Shown here: positions 39,871 to 49,686 of the stretch, piece after piece
Layout: every line of letters begins with the position of its first letter
Position numbering within the stretch: the first letter of the stretch is position 1
NCBI GenBank assembly: GCA_019912965.1
Contig: JAIOHM010000159.1
Span: 55,650-119,649 of the forward strand
DNA: 64,000 bases
Direction: 5' to 3'
From: Anaerolineae bacterium
GTDB lineage: Bacteria; Chloroflexota; Anaerolineae; Aggregatilineales; Phototrophicaceae
Program-made: the position numbers and the translations under genes
The notes under the pieces: model-generated
Told to the model about the DNA's origin: nothing
The model's input: the letters and a program-made list of their open reading frames with translations, nothing else
Database searches by the model: none

Positions 39871-40662
39871 ATGGATTTGGGACTTCGAGGCACAAGGGTG
39901 CTGGTCACAGCCGCCAGCAAAGGATTGGGAGCGGCGACTGCACGTCAGTTCAGTCTGGAAGGAGCGAGTGTGGTGATTAGCAGCCGCGATCTGGAAAAAC
40001 TCCAAAATACGGCTGCCAACATTGTGGCTGAGAGCAGCAACCCGGTATTCACACACGTTGCTGATGTAACCGACCCTGAAGCAATTAAACGGCTTGTCCG
40101 CAATACGGTTGAGATGCTCGGTGGACTGGATGTACTGGTAACAAATGCGGGCGGGCCACCTGCCGGGGGATTTGACGATTTTGATATGATTGCATGGGAA
40201 CAGGCAATACGGCTCAACTTTCTGAGTAATGTTAGCCTGATTCAAGCTGCCCTACCCCACTTACGAAAATCCCAGCGTGCTGCCATTCTGACGATTACTT
40301 CAGTAGCCGCCAAACAGCCAATTGCTAATCTGACACTCTCGAACGCAATCCGTCCAGCAGTCATCGGACTGACCAAAACTCTTTCGCAGGAATTAGGGCC
40401 GCAGGGTATTCGTGTTAACAGCATTCTTCCCGGCACTACAGTTACCGAACGTATCACAGAATTGATGGGGGCGAGGGCGCAAAAAAACGGTACAACGATT
40501 GAAGAAGAAACTGCGAAAGCTGCTCAGGCGACACCATTGCAGCGCTTGGGAACGCCAGAGGAATTCGCCAATACAGCGGTTTTCCTATGTTCACCAGCAG
40601 CAGGTTTCATTACAGGGGTTGCGCTGGCTGTTGATGGTGGCACAATTCAAGCAACCATGTAG
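39871..40662 (+). CDS. SDR-family oxidoreductase
   Basis: TAASKGLG, NAGGP, SNAIR variant of the YxxxK site, VNSILPG, VDGG. Confidence 0.9.
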   Translation: MDLGLRGTRVLVTAASKGLGAATARQFSLEGASVVISSRDLEKLQNTAANIVAESSNPVFTHVADVTDPEAIKRLVRNTVEMLGGLDVLVTNAGGPPAGGFDDFDMIAWEQAIRLNFLSNVSLIQAALPHLRKSQRAAILTITSVAAKQPIANLTLSNAIRPAVIGLTKTLSQELGPQGIRVNSILPGTTVTERITELMGARAQKNGTTIEEETAKAAQATPLQRLGTPEEFANTAVFLCSPAAGFITGVALAVDGGTIQATM

Positions 40663-40698
40663 GCCTTATTCTAGTTATAAACAGGGGGCATTTGAAAG

Positions 40699-41571
40699 AT
40701 GACGGAACAGGTGAAAATCGCAGTGATCGGCGGCTCAGGGCTGTACAAAATGCCGGATATCACTGACAAGGTAGCCCATGTCATCTCAACTCCGTATGGA
40801 CACACCAGCGGCGAAATCATCGTTGGAACACTTCGCGGCAAACGTGTAGCTTTCTTGCCTCGGCATGGAATCGGACATTTCTATACTCCAACAACGGTTC
40901 CCTACCGCGCCAATATCTATGCGCTGAAGATGTTGGGTGTAAAACATATTATTGCAGTGAATGCCTGTGGGTCGCTGCGCGAGGAATATGCTCCAGGGCA
41001 TATCGTTATCCCCGATCAACTTTTTGACTACACGAATAGCCGTGAACGCACTTTTTTCGACGAAGGCATGGTCGCCCATATTTCGGTAGCTGACCCCCTG
41101 TGCGCCGCACTCGGTGAAGTTTTGTATAAAGCGATTATCAAGGTTGGCGGTACGGTTCACCGGGGTGGCACATTCCTGATTGAAGAAGGCCCGCGCTTTG
41201 CTACCCGTGCCGAAAGCCGTATCTTTCAGCAGTGGGGATGTAGCTTAATTGGCATGACCACTTGCCCGGAAGCCTTTCTGGCACGCGAAGCCGAAATCGC
41301 TTACGCAACAATGGCACATGTCACCGATTATGACTCATGGCACACCAGCGAAGAACCTGTCACGGTTGATATGGTGATTGGCACCCTGCGTAAAAATCTG
41401 GAAACGGCGCAAATGGCGATTGCTGCGGCTGTGGAAAGTCTGGATGAAAATCACCTGTGTGCGTGCCACAGATCGCTGGAAAATGCCTTTATGACTGAAC
41501 GGGGGATCATTCCGCAGGCGATGCTGGAAAAACTCAAACCCATTATCGGGCGTTACTTTGCAAATGTATAA
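40699..41571 (+). CDS. mtnP: S-methyl-5'-thioadenosine phosphorylase
   Basis: IGGSGLY, FLPRHG, YRANIYAL, EGPRF.TRAES, GMT..PEA.LAREAEI, VTDYD.W. Confidence 0.93.
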   Translation: MTEQVKIAVIGGSGLYKMPDITDKVAHVISTPYGHTSGEIIVGTLRGKRVAFLPRHGIGHFYTPTTVPYRANIYALKMLGVKHIIAVNACGSLREEYAPGHIVIPDQLFDYTNSRERTFFDEGMVAHISVADPLCAALGEVLYKAIIKVGGTVHRGGTFLIEEGPRFATRAESRIFQQWGCSLIGMTTCPEAFLAREAEIAYATMAHVTDYDSWHTSEEPVTVDMVIGTLRKNLETAQMAIAAAVESLDENHLCACHRSLENAFMTERGIIPQAMLEKLKPIIGRYFANV

Positions 41572-42888
41572 ATGATGAGCGCTGAGACACTCTCACTGGA
41601 TTTAAAACCAGGGTTGGAACCCATAGAACGGCGAACAGAACGGATGCTGCTAGTCATCAGTGGTGCATTTCTATTCGTCAACTTTCTGGCTTTGGCGTTA
41701 TTAAGAACGGGTTCTGAAATTTCTGATTGGTTTCATTTTGGCATTTGGGTAATCTGTGCCGTGTTAGGTAATCGGATATTGAACCGCTATTTGCCGGGAC
41801 GTGATCCGCTTTTGTTCCCATTAACCATGTTCCTGAGCGGTTGGGGATTAATATTGATTGACCGGCTTGCACCCAATTTTGACGACCGTCAAACGATCTG
41901 GTTGGTCGTTTCGGTAGGTGCAATGCTGCTGGTTGCCATATTTCCGCATACCCTCCGCTGGCTGCGAAATTACCGTTATCTACTGCTGGTCATCGGATTG
42001 CTGCTATTAATCGGGACAATCATCCTCGGCACGAATCCTTCCGGGCAGACAGGTGCGCCACAGCTCTGGCTCGGAATAGGCTCAATCTTTTTTCAGCCGT
42101 CGGAGGCGCTCAAAATCATACTGGTTGCCTTCCTCGCCAGCTATCTGGCTGAACACTACCCGCTGATGCGCGCCGACGAACGGGAAGCCCGACGACGCGG
42201 CTTACCGCTGTCTCCACGCGTAATCGGGCCGATTCTGCTGATGTGGGGAATATCAGTCATTATCCTGATCTGGCAGCGCGATTTAGGCACGGCCATTCTA
42301 TTCTTTGCCGTGTTTATTGTGCTCCTGTACGTCGCCAGTGGTTACAACCGGATTCTTATCAGCGGTCTGCTGCTGATCGTGTTAGCCGGATTTGTAGCCT
42401 ATAATCAATTCGCAGTCGTACGATTGCGCGTGGACATCTGGCTTAACCCCTGGCCGGAGTCTGATGGACGTGCCTTTCAGATTGTGCAAAGTCTACTGGC
42501 ATTTGCGGCGGGTGGGCCATTCGGGCAGGGCGTGGGGCAGGGATCACCCACTTATATCCCCGTTGTACATTCGGATTTTGTGTTCGCGGCTTTAGCAGAA
42601 GAATGGGGACTGTTAGGGGTAATTGCGGTTACGGCCTGTATCGCCATCTTCATCACGCGCGGCTTCCAAATCGCCATCTCACAGCAACGGCGGTCGTTCC
42701 TGGCGCTGCTGGCTGTTGGGCTGAGCATGTTGATTGCCACACAAAGCCTGCTCATCATTGCAGGGGTTTTAAAACTCGTACCGCTAACAGGCGTTACATT
42801 GCCCTACCTAAGCTATGGCGGGAGTTCGCTACTGGTCAGCTTCATCATCGCTGGACTGCTGATTCGGCTTTCAGCATTGGAATCCTAA
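41572..42888 (+). CDS. rodA: SEDS peptidoglycan glycosyltransferase, RodA/FtsW family
   Basis: QPSE..K, QRDLGT, HSDFVF (catalytic Asp), EEWG, PLTGVTLPYLSYGGSS. Confidence 0.9.
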   Translation: MMSAETLSLDLKPGLEPIERRTERMLLVISGAFLFVNFLALALLRTGSEISDWFHFGIWVICAVLGNRILNRYLPGRDPLLFPLTMFLSGWGLILIDRLAPNFDDRQTIWLVVSVGAMLLVAIFPHTLRWLRNYRYLLLVIGLLLLIGTIILGTNPSGQTGAPQLWLGIGSIFFQPSEALKIILVAFLASYLAEHYPLMRADEREARRRGLPLSPRVIGPILLMWGISVIILIWQRDLGTAILFFAVFIVLLYVASGYNRILISGLLLIVLAGFVAYNQFAVVRLRVDIWLNPWPESDGRAFQIVQSLLAFAAGGPFGQGVGQGSPTYIPVVHSDFVFAALAEEWGLLGVIAVTACIAIFITRGFQIAISQQRRSFLALLAVGLSMLIATQSLLIIAGVLKLVPLTGVTLPYLSYGGSSLLVSFIIAGLLIRLSALES

Positions 42889-42890
42889 CC

Positions 42891-44321
42891 ATGCAGTTCG
42901 CGCGTGAAATCAATCGCCTGTTGATCGGCATTCTTTTCATTTTCGGTATTGTGGTTGCCGCCGCTGCTTATTGGGCAATTGTTGGGCCAGACACGATTCT
43001 GCTGCGGCAGGATAACCCGCGTTTGGTAGAGGCCGAAGCCGCTATTCTGCGAGGGGCACTGTATGATCGGAACAAGGAATTGCTGGTTGTATCAGAACAG
43101 GATGTGAATGGGCTTGTAACAAGACATTACCTACATCCAGCCATGCACAGCGCATTGGGTTATTCCAGCCTGCGTTATGGCGTCAGCGGGGCAGAATCAG
43201 CCTTCAACACCATCCTGCGTGGTGAAGATCAACCACTTACCTTTATCGAGCAGTTGACCAACAATTTGCTGCATCGACCGCAAAAGGGAGCAGATATTCA
43301 GCTAACATTTGATGCGACTATTCAGGCGGCAGCAGTAGAAGCAATGGGCGATCATCGGGGCGCGGTAGTAGTGCTATCCGCCAGTGATGGCGAAGTGTTG
43401 GCTCTCGTTAGCCTACCCACCTATGATCCCAACACACTGGACGCAAATTGGGAAACGCTGACGCAAACCTCTGGCAATCCCTTCTTCAATCGCCCAATTC
43501 AGGGTAACTACCAACCAGGCGGCACCCTGCAAACCCCATTGATTGCAGCCGCGCTGTTAGCGAATTATCCTTTAACCACAACCTTCAATTATTCTAGTCG
43601 TCCAGTGCGGGTTGCGAATGTCGAATTGACCTGTGCCGCTGTACCTCCAACTGAAATTCTCACACTGGGAGAAGCCTATGCCTATGGCTGCCCCGCTCCA
43701 TTTGCCGAGCTGGTCAGCAAACTTGGTATTGGGACGGTAGAAGCTGCTTTTGCAGCATTCGAGATCAGCCGCCCACCGACGCTACCGGGTTATGTGGTTC
43801 AACCTCCAAATGAGCCAACACCTACCCCCAGTATCATCAATTTAAACAGTGCCAATCTGGGTGAAAATGCACTGGGTCAAGGCCAGTTGACGATCACACC
43901 TTTGGAGATGACTGTCATCGCAGCCGCCATTTTGAACGATGGCAACGCCCCAACGCCTTATACCCTGCTGGCGGTGCGTCCACCCATAGAAACCGCTTGG
44001 CAGAACGATCAGAGTTTGCACCCACATATCCCCATCATCACGACCAACGCTGCACGGCAGTTACAAGACCTGATGCGTCTTTCGGTCAACAATGGCGCTG
44101 CTCAATCTGCCATGCGTTTAGGGCTGGATATTGGTGGACATGCAGCCTTGGCCTATTCCGGGGATGAGTCACAAGCATGGTTTGTCGGTTTTATAACCAT
44201 TGGCGTCCAGCAAAGCATTACCATCGCGGTTGTACTGGAAGATGTTGATGATCCTGCCTTAGCAGCTCAAATTGGCGGCGATATCCTGGAAGCTGCTTAT
44301 GCCCGGATGCAGCAGGGATAA
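42891..44321 (+). CDS. Class B penicillin-binding protein (PbpA-like) with degenerate transpeptidase active site
   Basis: TM anchor, RGALYDRN, GEVLALVSLPTYDPN, ALGQG, TPLEM, AWFVGF retained; SxxK, SxN and KTG replaced. Confidence 0.85.
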   Translation: MQFAREINRLLIGILFIFGIVVAAAAYWAIVGPDTILLRQDNPRLVEAEAAILRGALYDRNKELLVVSEQDVNGLVTRHYLHPAMHSALGYSSLRYGVSGAESAFNTILRGEDQPLTFIEQLTNNLLHRPQKGADIQLTFDATIQAAAVEAMGDHRGAVVVLSASDGEVLALVSLPTYDPNTLDANWETLTQTSGNPFFNRPIQGNYQPGGTLQTPLIAAALLANYPLTTTFNYSSRPVRVANVELTCAAVPPTEILTLGEAYAYGCPAPFAELVSKLGIGTVEAAFAAFEISRPPTLPGYVVQPPNEPTPTPSIINLNSANLGENALGQGQLTITPLEMTVIAAAILNDGNAPTPYTLLAVRPPIETAWQNDQSLHPHIPIITTNAARQLQDLMRLSVNNGAAQSAMRLGLDIGGHAALAYSGDESQAWFVGFITIGVQQSITIAVVLEDVDDPALAAQIGGDILEAAYARMQQG

Positions 44322-44328
44322 CGATTGA

Positions 44329-45012
44329 TTATCCACCTATCCACAGGCGCGGTTTCAAACCCAGCTTTTTTGACCATTTAGCCGCTGTGCTGAAACCATG
44401 CACATAAAATGGACTAAGACGTTTTACATATTCAGCATTCCGCACCGCAACCAGAAATTCCGCAGCATTTTCAAAAGGCTGTAACCGTGTCAGCGCCTGC
44501 CCATACTCCGGGCGACTGTGTGCGTCCGACCCTGCTGTACCCGGCAAATCATGCTTTTGGGCAAAAGCCAGTGCCTTTTCATTATCTTCCGCATACAAGC
44601 AGCGTGCATTATAGATCTCAATCGCATCCACTTTGTCGGCAATTCGCAGCAGCGCTTCCTCGCCCCATGCCCCTTTACGAAGCCGATCAAAAGGATGCGA
44701 CACACTGATGACCGCGCCCTGATCCCGCAATCGGCGAATAGTTTCATCTGGGGTTAATTTGGCGGGCACACTTTCCTGTACGAAATAAGCAAGAATTTCA
44801 CCCTCAGTCGTCATGATTTCCTCGCCCACAATCACCAATTCAGGCGCGAGTTTTTGCAGCTTCAGCGCGCCTTCTGCGGTGTTATGGTCGGTGATGGCAA
44901 TCCGATCAATCCCGCGTTGTTTACACAGGCGGATGATGGTTTCAAATTCAGTCAGACAGTCTTTCGACCATAATGTATGGCTGTGCAAATCAACATGCCA
45001 GCGTTCAGTCAT
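44329..45012 (-). CDS. PHP-domain phosphoesterase
   Basis: DLHSHT..S.D, AITDHN, GEE, SHPF, GSDAH. Confidence 0.9.
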   Translation of the reverse strand: MTERWHVDLHSHTLWSKDCLTEFETIIRLCKQRGIDRIAITDHNTAEGALKLQKLAPELVIVGEEIMTTEGEILAYFVQESVPAKLTPDETIRRLRDQGAVISVSHPFDRLRKGAWGEEALLRIADKVDAIEIYNARCLYAEDNEKALAFAQKHDLPGTAGSDAHSRPEYGQALTRLQPFENAAEFLVAVRNAEYVKRLSPFYVHGFSTAAKWSKKLGLKPRLWIGG

Positions 45013-46073
45013 GCGGGTAAAGTCTCCGTGTTTATCGCTTTTCGGTTCGCCCTTTCCTGTTCAACTTTTGCTAATTCAGCCTCCATTGAAGCCGGGAACA
45101 ATCGACGACGGAAAACAATCGCTAACAATGTACCAACCAATACCCGGAACCATTTATGGAAAAACCCATCAATCAATGCAACTGCCAGCGCAATCGAAGG
45201 TGTTATAACTGGATGCTGTGGTGTAATGATTGCTAACACCATGCCGCTGCTGGAAACTTCGGTAATACCTGCGCCATTTGGAACGCCAGAAAGCGCCCCA
45301 ATCGCCGCCGTCAAACCAGTGATAAACACCGCTTGCAAATACAGCACCCACGTAATTTCCAATCCGAAGCCGTGCAAAATTATGCAGAATCCTAATGCAT
45401 CCGTCATATGCGCCAGCGCACCCAATGCCGAAGTTGGGACAACATGTCGAAGCTGCAATATCTCGCGACTGCTTTCATAAAAATCCACTAGGGGTTGATG
45501 CACCCGTTTCACCAGCGGCAATCGCGCCACGATACCGAGGAAAAAATAGGCCAGTGGGCGAATCTGTACGGAAATCAACCCCACTGCTAGCAGCACCGCC
45601 GAAAGCAATATCAGATAGCGATAATTCCCCAAATCAATGTTGTCGCCCGCCAGCAATAAAGCCAGCACCGACATGATCAACACTGCTACCCCATCCACCA
45701 CCCGTTCAGTAAACACCACCGGCGCACTACGGGCAATGGGAACGCCTGTCTTGACCTTCAGAATAACAGCTTTGAGCACTTCGGCAATCTTGCCGGGACT
45801 AACCGCCATCGCAAACCCGGACACAAACAGGATAGCACTGTCAAACAGGCTGATTTTATCCGCCGCCTTGATAACATATAGATAATATTGCCAGCGCCAA
45901 AACCGCAAAAACCATGCAGAAAACTTCAGCAAAATAACCGGGATGAGCAGCACCCATGGATAATTTCGCAGATGAGTGACGAGTTCCCCTGTATTGGCGA
46001 ACAATAGCAATGCCACATAAATGACGAAAACAATGGCAAAGCCCGCCAGAATGCGATTGCGATATTTCTGCAT
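45009..46073 (-). CDS. Lysylphosphatidylglycerol-synthase TM-domain (UPF0104) flippase-like protein
   Basis: Multiple TM helices; R..RW, PGKIAE, ERVVD, PNGAGITE. Confidence 0.82.
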   Translation of the reverse strand: MQKYRNRILAGFAIVFVIYVALLLFANTGELVTHLRNYPWVLLIPVILLKFSAWFLRFWRWQYYLYVIKAADKISLFDSAILFVSGFAMAVSPGKIAEVLKAVILKVKTGVPIARSAPVVFTERVVDGVAVLIMSVLALLLAGDNIDLGNYRYLILLSAVLLAVGLISVQIRPLAYFFLGIVARLPLVKRVHQPLVDFYESSREILQLRHVVPTSALGALAHMTDALGFCIILHGFGLEITWVLYLQAVFITGLTAAIGALSGVPNGAGITEVSSSGMVLAIITPQHPVITPSIALAVALIDGFFHKWFRVLVGTLLAIVFRRRLFPASMEAELAKVEQERANRKAINTETLPA

Positions 46074-46236
46074 AGCTACTCCTTAACTAAATGCTCAACC
46101 TGCATTTTACGCGGCATAACCTCGAAAAAAGCTAAAGCATTCTAAAGCCGAGGCGTACATCTGAGTAGCCCGCATAGCAAACACCGTCCAAACGTTGGCT
46201 TCCACCTGTTTAATGAGCAGTCGATTTGTGTCAAAC

Positions 46237-46266
46237 TTGACGATAGAACGTTTTTTTCTGTACTAT
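46237..46266 (+). promoter_or_regulatory. Sigma70-type promoter of the C39 peptidase-murJ operon
   Basis: TTGACG-N18-TACTAT. Confidence 0.6.
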
Positions 46267-46357
46267 AGGGCACTCGTCGTAAGGGTATGAAACGTCAGAA
46301 TGCACGGGTTTACAGGAAAAGAACGGTTCGCAATACCTTCTGACGTTGGAGAACAGC

Positions 46358-48016
46358 ATGACTCAACAGGAAAAGACCAATCCCATACGCACACGAGTGA
46401 TTGATGAGAGTGTACCGCCACCGCCTCGCTTGCTTTTATGGCTCGTAATCGGTGGATTTCTCATCCTCCTCATTGGCGCTATTGTCCTAATCACCTTCCT
46501 TCAAAATCCATCTGTCGCTTCGCTGCTGGATCTCGGCATTAAGCTTGCTCCTATCGTTACTATCGGCAGCATCCTATTGGCGATTATCTTTCGCAAACAG
46601 CTCCCCCGACGATTCGTGCCCGGACTCATTATTGGCTGGGTGGTGATTTGGGTGATCGGCGGAATCGCCTTTATTCTGATTTTCCGCAATAGCCTTGCAC
46701 CGGGGCAGCGCGAAACCGTAAAGTCTTATCTACCTTTCATGGAAGTATTTGCCCCACCTGCCCCGCCTGCCGATACATCCCTGCCTACCCCAATTCCTAG
46801 CCAAGGTGAAGGTATCTCACCATCTGATTTGTTAAACAGTGGGCCATTTGGTGGAAGTCTTCCAGCCGCATCGCCCAGTGCTACAGTTGTAGAAACGCTA
46901 CCAACTGCAACACCAACCCTTGAAGCAACCGCCGCGCCCACGCAAGCTGCGACGGCACTACCAACAGCGACACCGACTCAGGAACCAACCCAGGCTGCCG
47001 TTATTCCGCCTACTCAGAGCGATCCTGTAAATGTGGTAGCCGTTAATCCCGCATTACCTGTACGCCCGGTTTTCACATTCCTGACGGGTTTCACCTACGT
47101 AAAACAGGATTGGAATAACTGCGGCCCGGCCAACATCACGATGGCGCTCAGTTACTATGGCTGGAAGGAAAGTATGGACTTCGCTGCCAGCTACCTGCGC
47201 CCCGACCGTGAAGACAAAAACGTCAGCCCGTGGGAAATGGTAGCTTTCGTCAACGAGCAAAGCGGTGTGCGCGCACTGACCCGTATTGGTGGCGATATGG
47301 AACTCATCAAGCAGTTCATCGCTAACGGATTCCCAGTTGTAGTCGAAAGTGTACTGAATGCGGAAGCCTATGATTGGATTGGGCACTACGAAACTATCGT
47401 GGGCTATGACGACAGTGCAGGCGCATTCTACATTTATGACAGCTACGTCGGCACAGGCGAAAACGGCAATGGCCTTGCTGATCCCTATGATCGCTTCGAC
47501 CGCGCGTGGCAGAACTTCAACCGCACATTCATCGTGCTGTATCGACCGGAAGATGAAAATACCGTTCGAACCATCCTCGGTGAACGCGCCGATATAACCA
47601 TTGCCGCCGAAATCGCCGCCGAAACTGCCCGCAGTGAAGCCCGCGCCAATCCGCAGGATGCCTTCGCTTGGTTCAATCTCGGCACGGCGCTAACCCGTCT
47701 GGGGCAGCATGAACAAGCCGCAGGCGCTTACGATCAGGCACGCCGTCTGGATACCCTACCCTGGCGTATTACGCTCTATCAATTCGGCATCTTTGAAGCC
47801 TACTTTAATGTAGGCCGCTACAACGAACTCATGGCGCTGCTGGAAGCCAATCTGCGAAATGGTGGGGAATACGTGGAAGAAACCTATTACTGGCAGGGCA
47901 AAGCGCTGGCCGCACAAGGCGATACTGCCAATGCTGCCGCCGCTTTTAGGCAAGCACTCTCACATAATCCTAATTTCGCTGCCGCACGGGATGAATTAAA
48001 CCAACTGCCGGTATAG
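46358..48016 (+). CDS. Membrane-anchored C39-like cysteine peptidase with C-terminal TPRs
   Basis: Three N-terminal TM helices, Pro/Thr linker, QDWNNCGP (Gln/Cys), GHY, IYDS; TPRs (AWFNLG, YYWQG). Confidence 0.85.
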   Translation: MTQQEKTNPIRTRVIDESVPPPPRLLLWLVIGGFLILLIGAIVLITFLQNPSVASLLDLGIKLAPIVTIGSILLAIIFRKQLPRRFVPGLIIGWVVIWVIGGIAFILIFRNSLAPGQRETVKSYLPFMEVFAPPAPPADTSLPTPIPSQGEGISPSDLLNSGPFGGSLPAASPSATVVETLPTATPTLEATAAPTQAATALPTATPTQEPTQAAVIPPTQSDPVNVVAVNPALPVRPVFTFLTGFTYVKQDWNNCGPANITMALSYYGWKESMDFAASYLRPDREDKNVSPWEMVAFVNEQSGVRALTRIGGDMELIKQFIANGFPVVVESVLNAEAYDWIGHYETIVGYDDSAGAFYIYDSYVGTGENGNGLADPYDRFDRAWQNFNRTFIVLYRPEDENTVRTILGERADITIAAEIAAETARSEARANPQDAFAWFNLGTALTRLGQHEQAAGAYDQARRLDTLPWRITLYQFGIFEAYFNVGRYNELMALLEANLRNGGEYVEETYYWQGKALAAQGDTANAAAAFRQALSHNPNFAAARDELNQLPV

Positions 48017-48024
48017 AAAATTTC

Positions 48025-49686
48025 ATGACAATCACCGAAAAACGCAATCGTCAGATCGCCCGTTCAACAGCAATTGTTATGATCGCCTTTGGCACCGCGA
48101 AGGCGATCAGTCTGGCGCAAACAGTTATCATCGCCAATGTATTTGGTGTAGGACGCGAGTGGGATGCGTTCGTTACCGCCAACAGCATTCCCGAACTGAT
48201 TTTTACCCTGATTGCAGGTGGGGCGCTGGCACACGCCTTCATCCCCATTTTCAGTGGTTTTCTGGCGCGTGGTGATATAGCAGGCGCATGGCGTACCACC
48301 AGTCATGTTATCAATACCGTATTTACCGTGACACTGTTTGCCAGCATTGTTGTATTTCTGGCCGCGCCTTGGCTGGTTGCCAACGTCGCTGCTCCCGGAT
48401 TCGACGAGTTAGGGCGCGCGCAAACCGTTGAACTGATGCGTATCCTGCTCGTCAGCACCTTAATCTTTTCAGTCAGCGGGATTGCAATGGGCATCCTGCA
48501 AAGTCACAATCATTTTCTGCTGCCCGCGCTCGCGCCCATCATGTTCGACCTCGGTATCCTGTTCGGTGCAGGTTTTCTCATAAAACCATTTGGCGTAAAT
48601 GGCATCGCCTATGGTGCAGTTCTTGGTGCGGCCCTCCACTTTGGCATTCAGATACCCGGCCTAATCCGTTATCGGATGCGCTGGTGGCCGGAACTGGGAC
48701 TGAAAGACCCGGTTCTGTGGCGTGTGGTAAAGCTCATGCTGCCACGTGTCGCTGGCTTGGGCGTCTTCAGCCTAAATTTCGTTGTGATGAACAACATCGC
48801 CTCCCGGTTGGGGGAAGGCTCGGTCAGCGCCCTCAGTTGGGGTTGGCGGCTGATGCAAATCCCGGAAACGTTGATCGGCACCGCAATGGGTACGGTCATC
48901 TTCCCCACATTGGCGGCTTTGAGCGAAATGGGGGATGAAAGCGGGAAACGGGAAGCCATGTCTGGCGCACTGCGTTTCATCTTGATTGCAACCATCCCAT
49001 CAGCTATCGGGTTAATTTTTATTGGGCAGCCGCTCATCAGCCTGCTGGAGCGCGGTGCGTTTGATGCCTCTGCGTCTGTGCTGGTCTACAGTACCTTGCG
49101 TTTCTTCGCATTAGGGCTGGTGGTACATTCGGCCTTGGAAGTGGTCGCCCGCAGCTTTTATGCCGATAAAGATACACTCACACCGCTTTGGGCAGCACTG
49201 GGCGGCGCAGCCATCAACCTGATTTTATCCTTCGCCCTTAGTGGGGTAGCAGGGGCAGAAGCCGTCAGCCATTTCAATCGGGTTGCGTGGCAGTTCCCGG
49301 AACTTGGTATCACCCCCAATGTTGGCAATGTAGGTGGGCTGGCGCTGGCAAACTCGTTGGGCGTAGCCTTCGAGGTATTGGTATTGCTTTGGGTACTGCG
49401 GCGGCGCTGGCATGGTGCAAACGAAAATACCCTGGCGCGTACCGTACTCAAAACGTTGGCTGCCAGTCTGGTAATGGCCGTAGCCATTGTTTTGGTCAAT
49501 AGCCTCTGGCAAGCTTTGGGACTAACCGAACGCGGATTGGCGTTCACAGTTATTCAAATTGCGCTGGAAACCGGAATTGGGGTAGTAGTATTCGTCGGCG
49601 CAGCCCTCCTGCTGAAAATGGATGAACTACCTGCCCTCCTGAATCTCGTTTTACGCCGACGCAAACTGGTGGAGACAACTGCATGA
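48025..49686 (+). CDS. murJ: Lipid II flippase MurJ (MviN)
   Basis: AFIPIF, ELMRI, RLMQIP..LIG.A.GTVIFP, LLERGAFD, RSFYA.KDT.TP, GLALANS. Confidence 0.9.
   Translation: MTITEKRNRQIARSTAIVMIAFGTAKAISLAQTVIIANVFGVGREWDAFVTANSIPELIFTLIAGGALAHAFIPIFSGFLARGDIAGAWRTTSHVINTVFTVTLFASIVVFLAAPWLVANVAAPGFDELGRAQTVELMRILLVSTLIFSVSGIAMGILQSHNHFLLPALAPIMFDLGILFGAGFLIKPFGVNGIAYGAVLGAALHFGIQIPGLIRYRMRWWPELGLKDPVLWRVVKLMLPRVAGLGVFSLNFVVMNNIASRLGEGSVSALSWGWRLMQIPETLIGTAMGTVIFPTLAALSEMGDESGKREAMSGALRFILIATIPSAIGLIFIGQPLISLLERGAFDASASVLVYSTLRFFALGLVVHSALEVVARSFYADKDTLTPLWAALGGAAINLILSFALSGVAGAEAVSHFNRVAWQFPELGITPNVGNVGGLALANSLGVAFEVLVLLWVLRRRWHGANENTLARTVLKTLAASLVMAVAIVLVNSLWQALGLTERGLAFTVIQIALETGIGVVVFVGAALLLKMDELPALLNLVLRRRKLVETTA

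Noticed and set aside
42603-42890. ORF-track N-terminal extension of the PBP, and similar extensions at 2961, 25782, 29856, 51716, 54482 and 62787
   Set aside because: They overlap upstream genes or promoters; family-consistent starts lie downstream.
46245-46259. LexA-like AGAAC...TTCT in a promoter spacer
   Set aside because: Spacing is N5 and the right half is TTTC, not GAAC-N4-GTTC.
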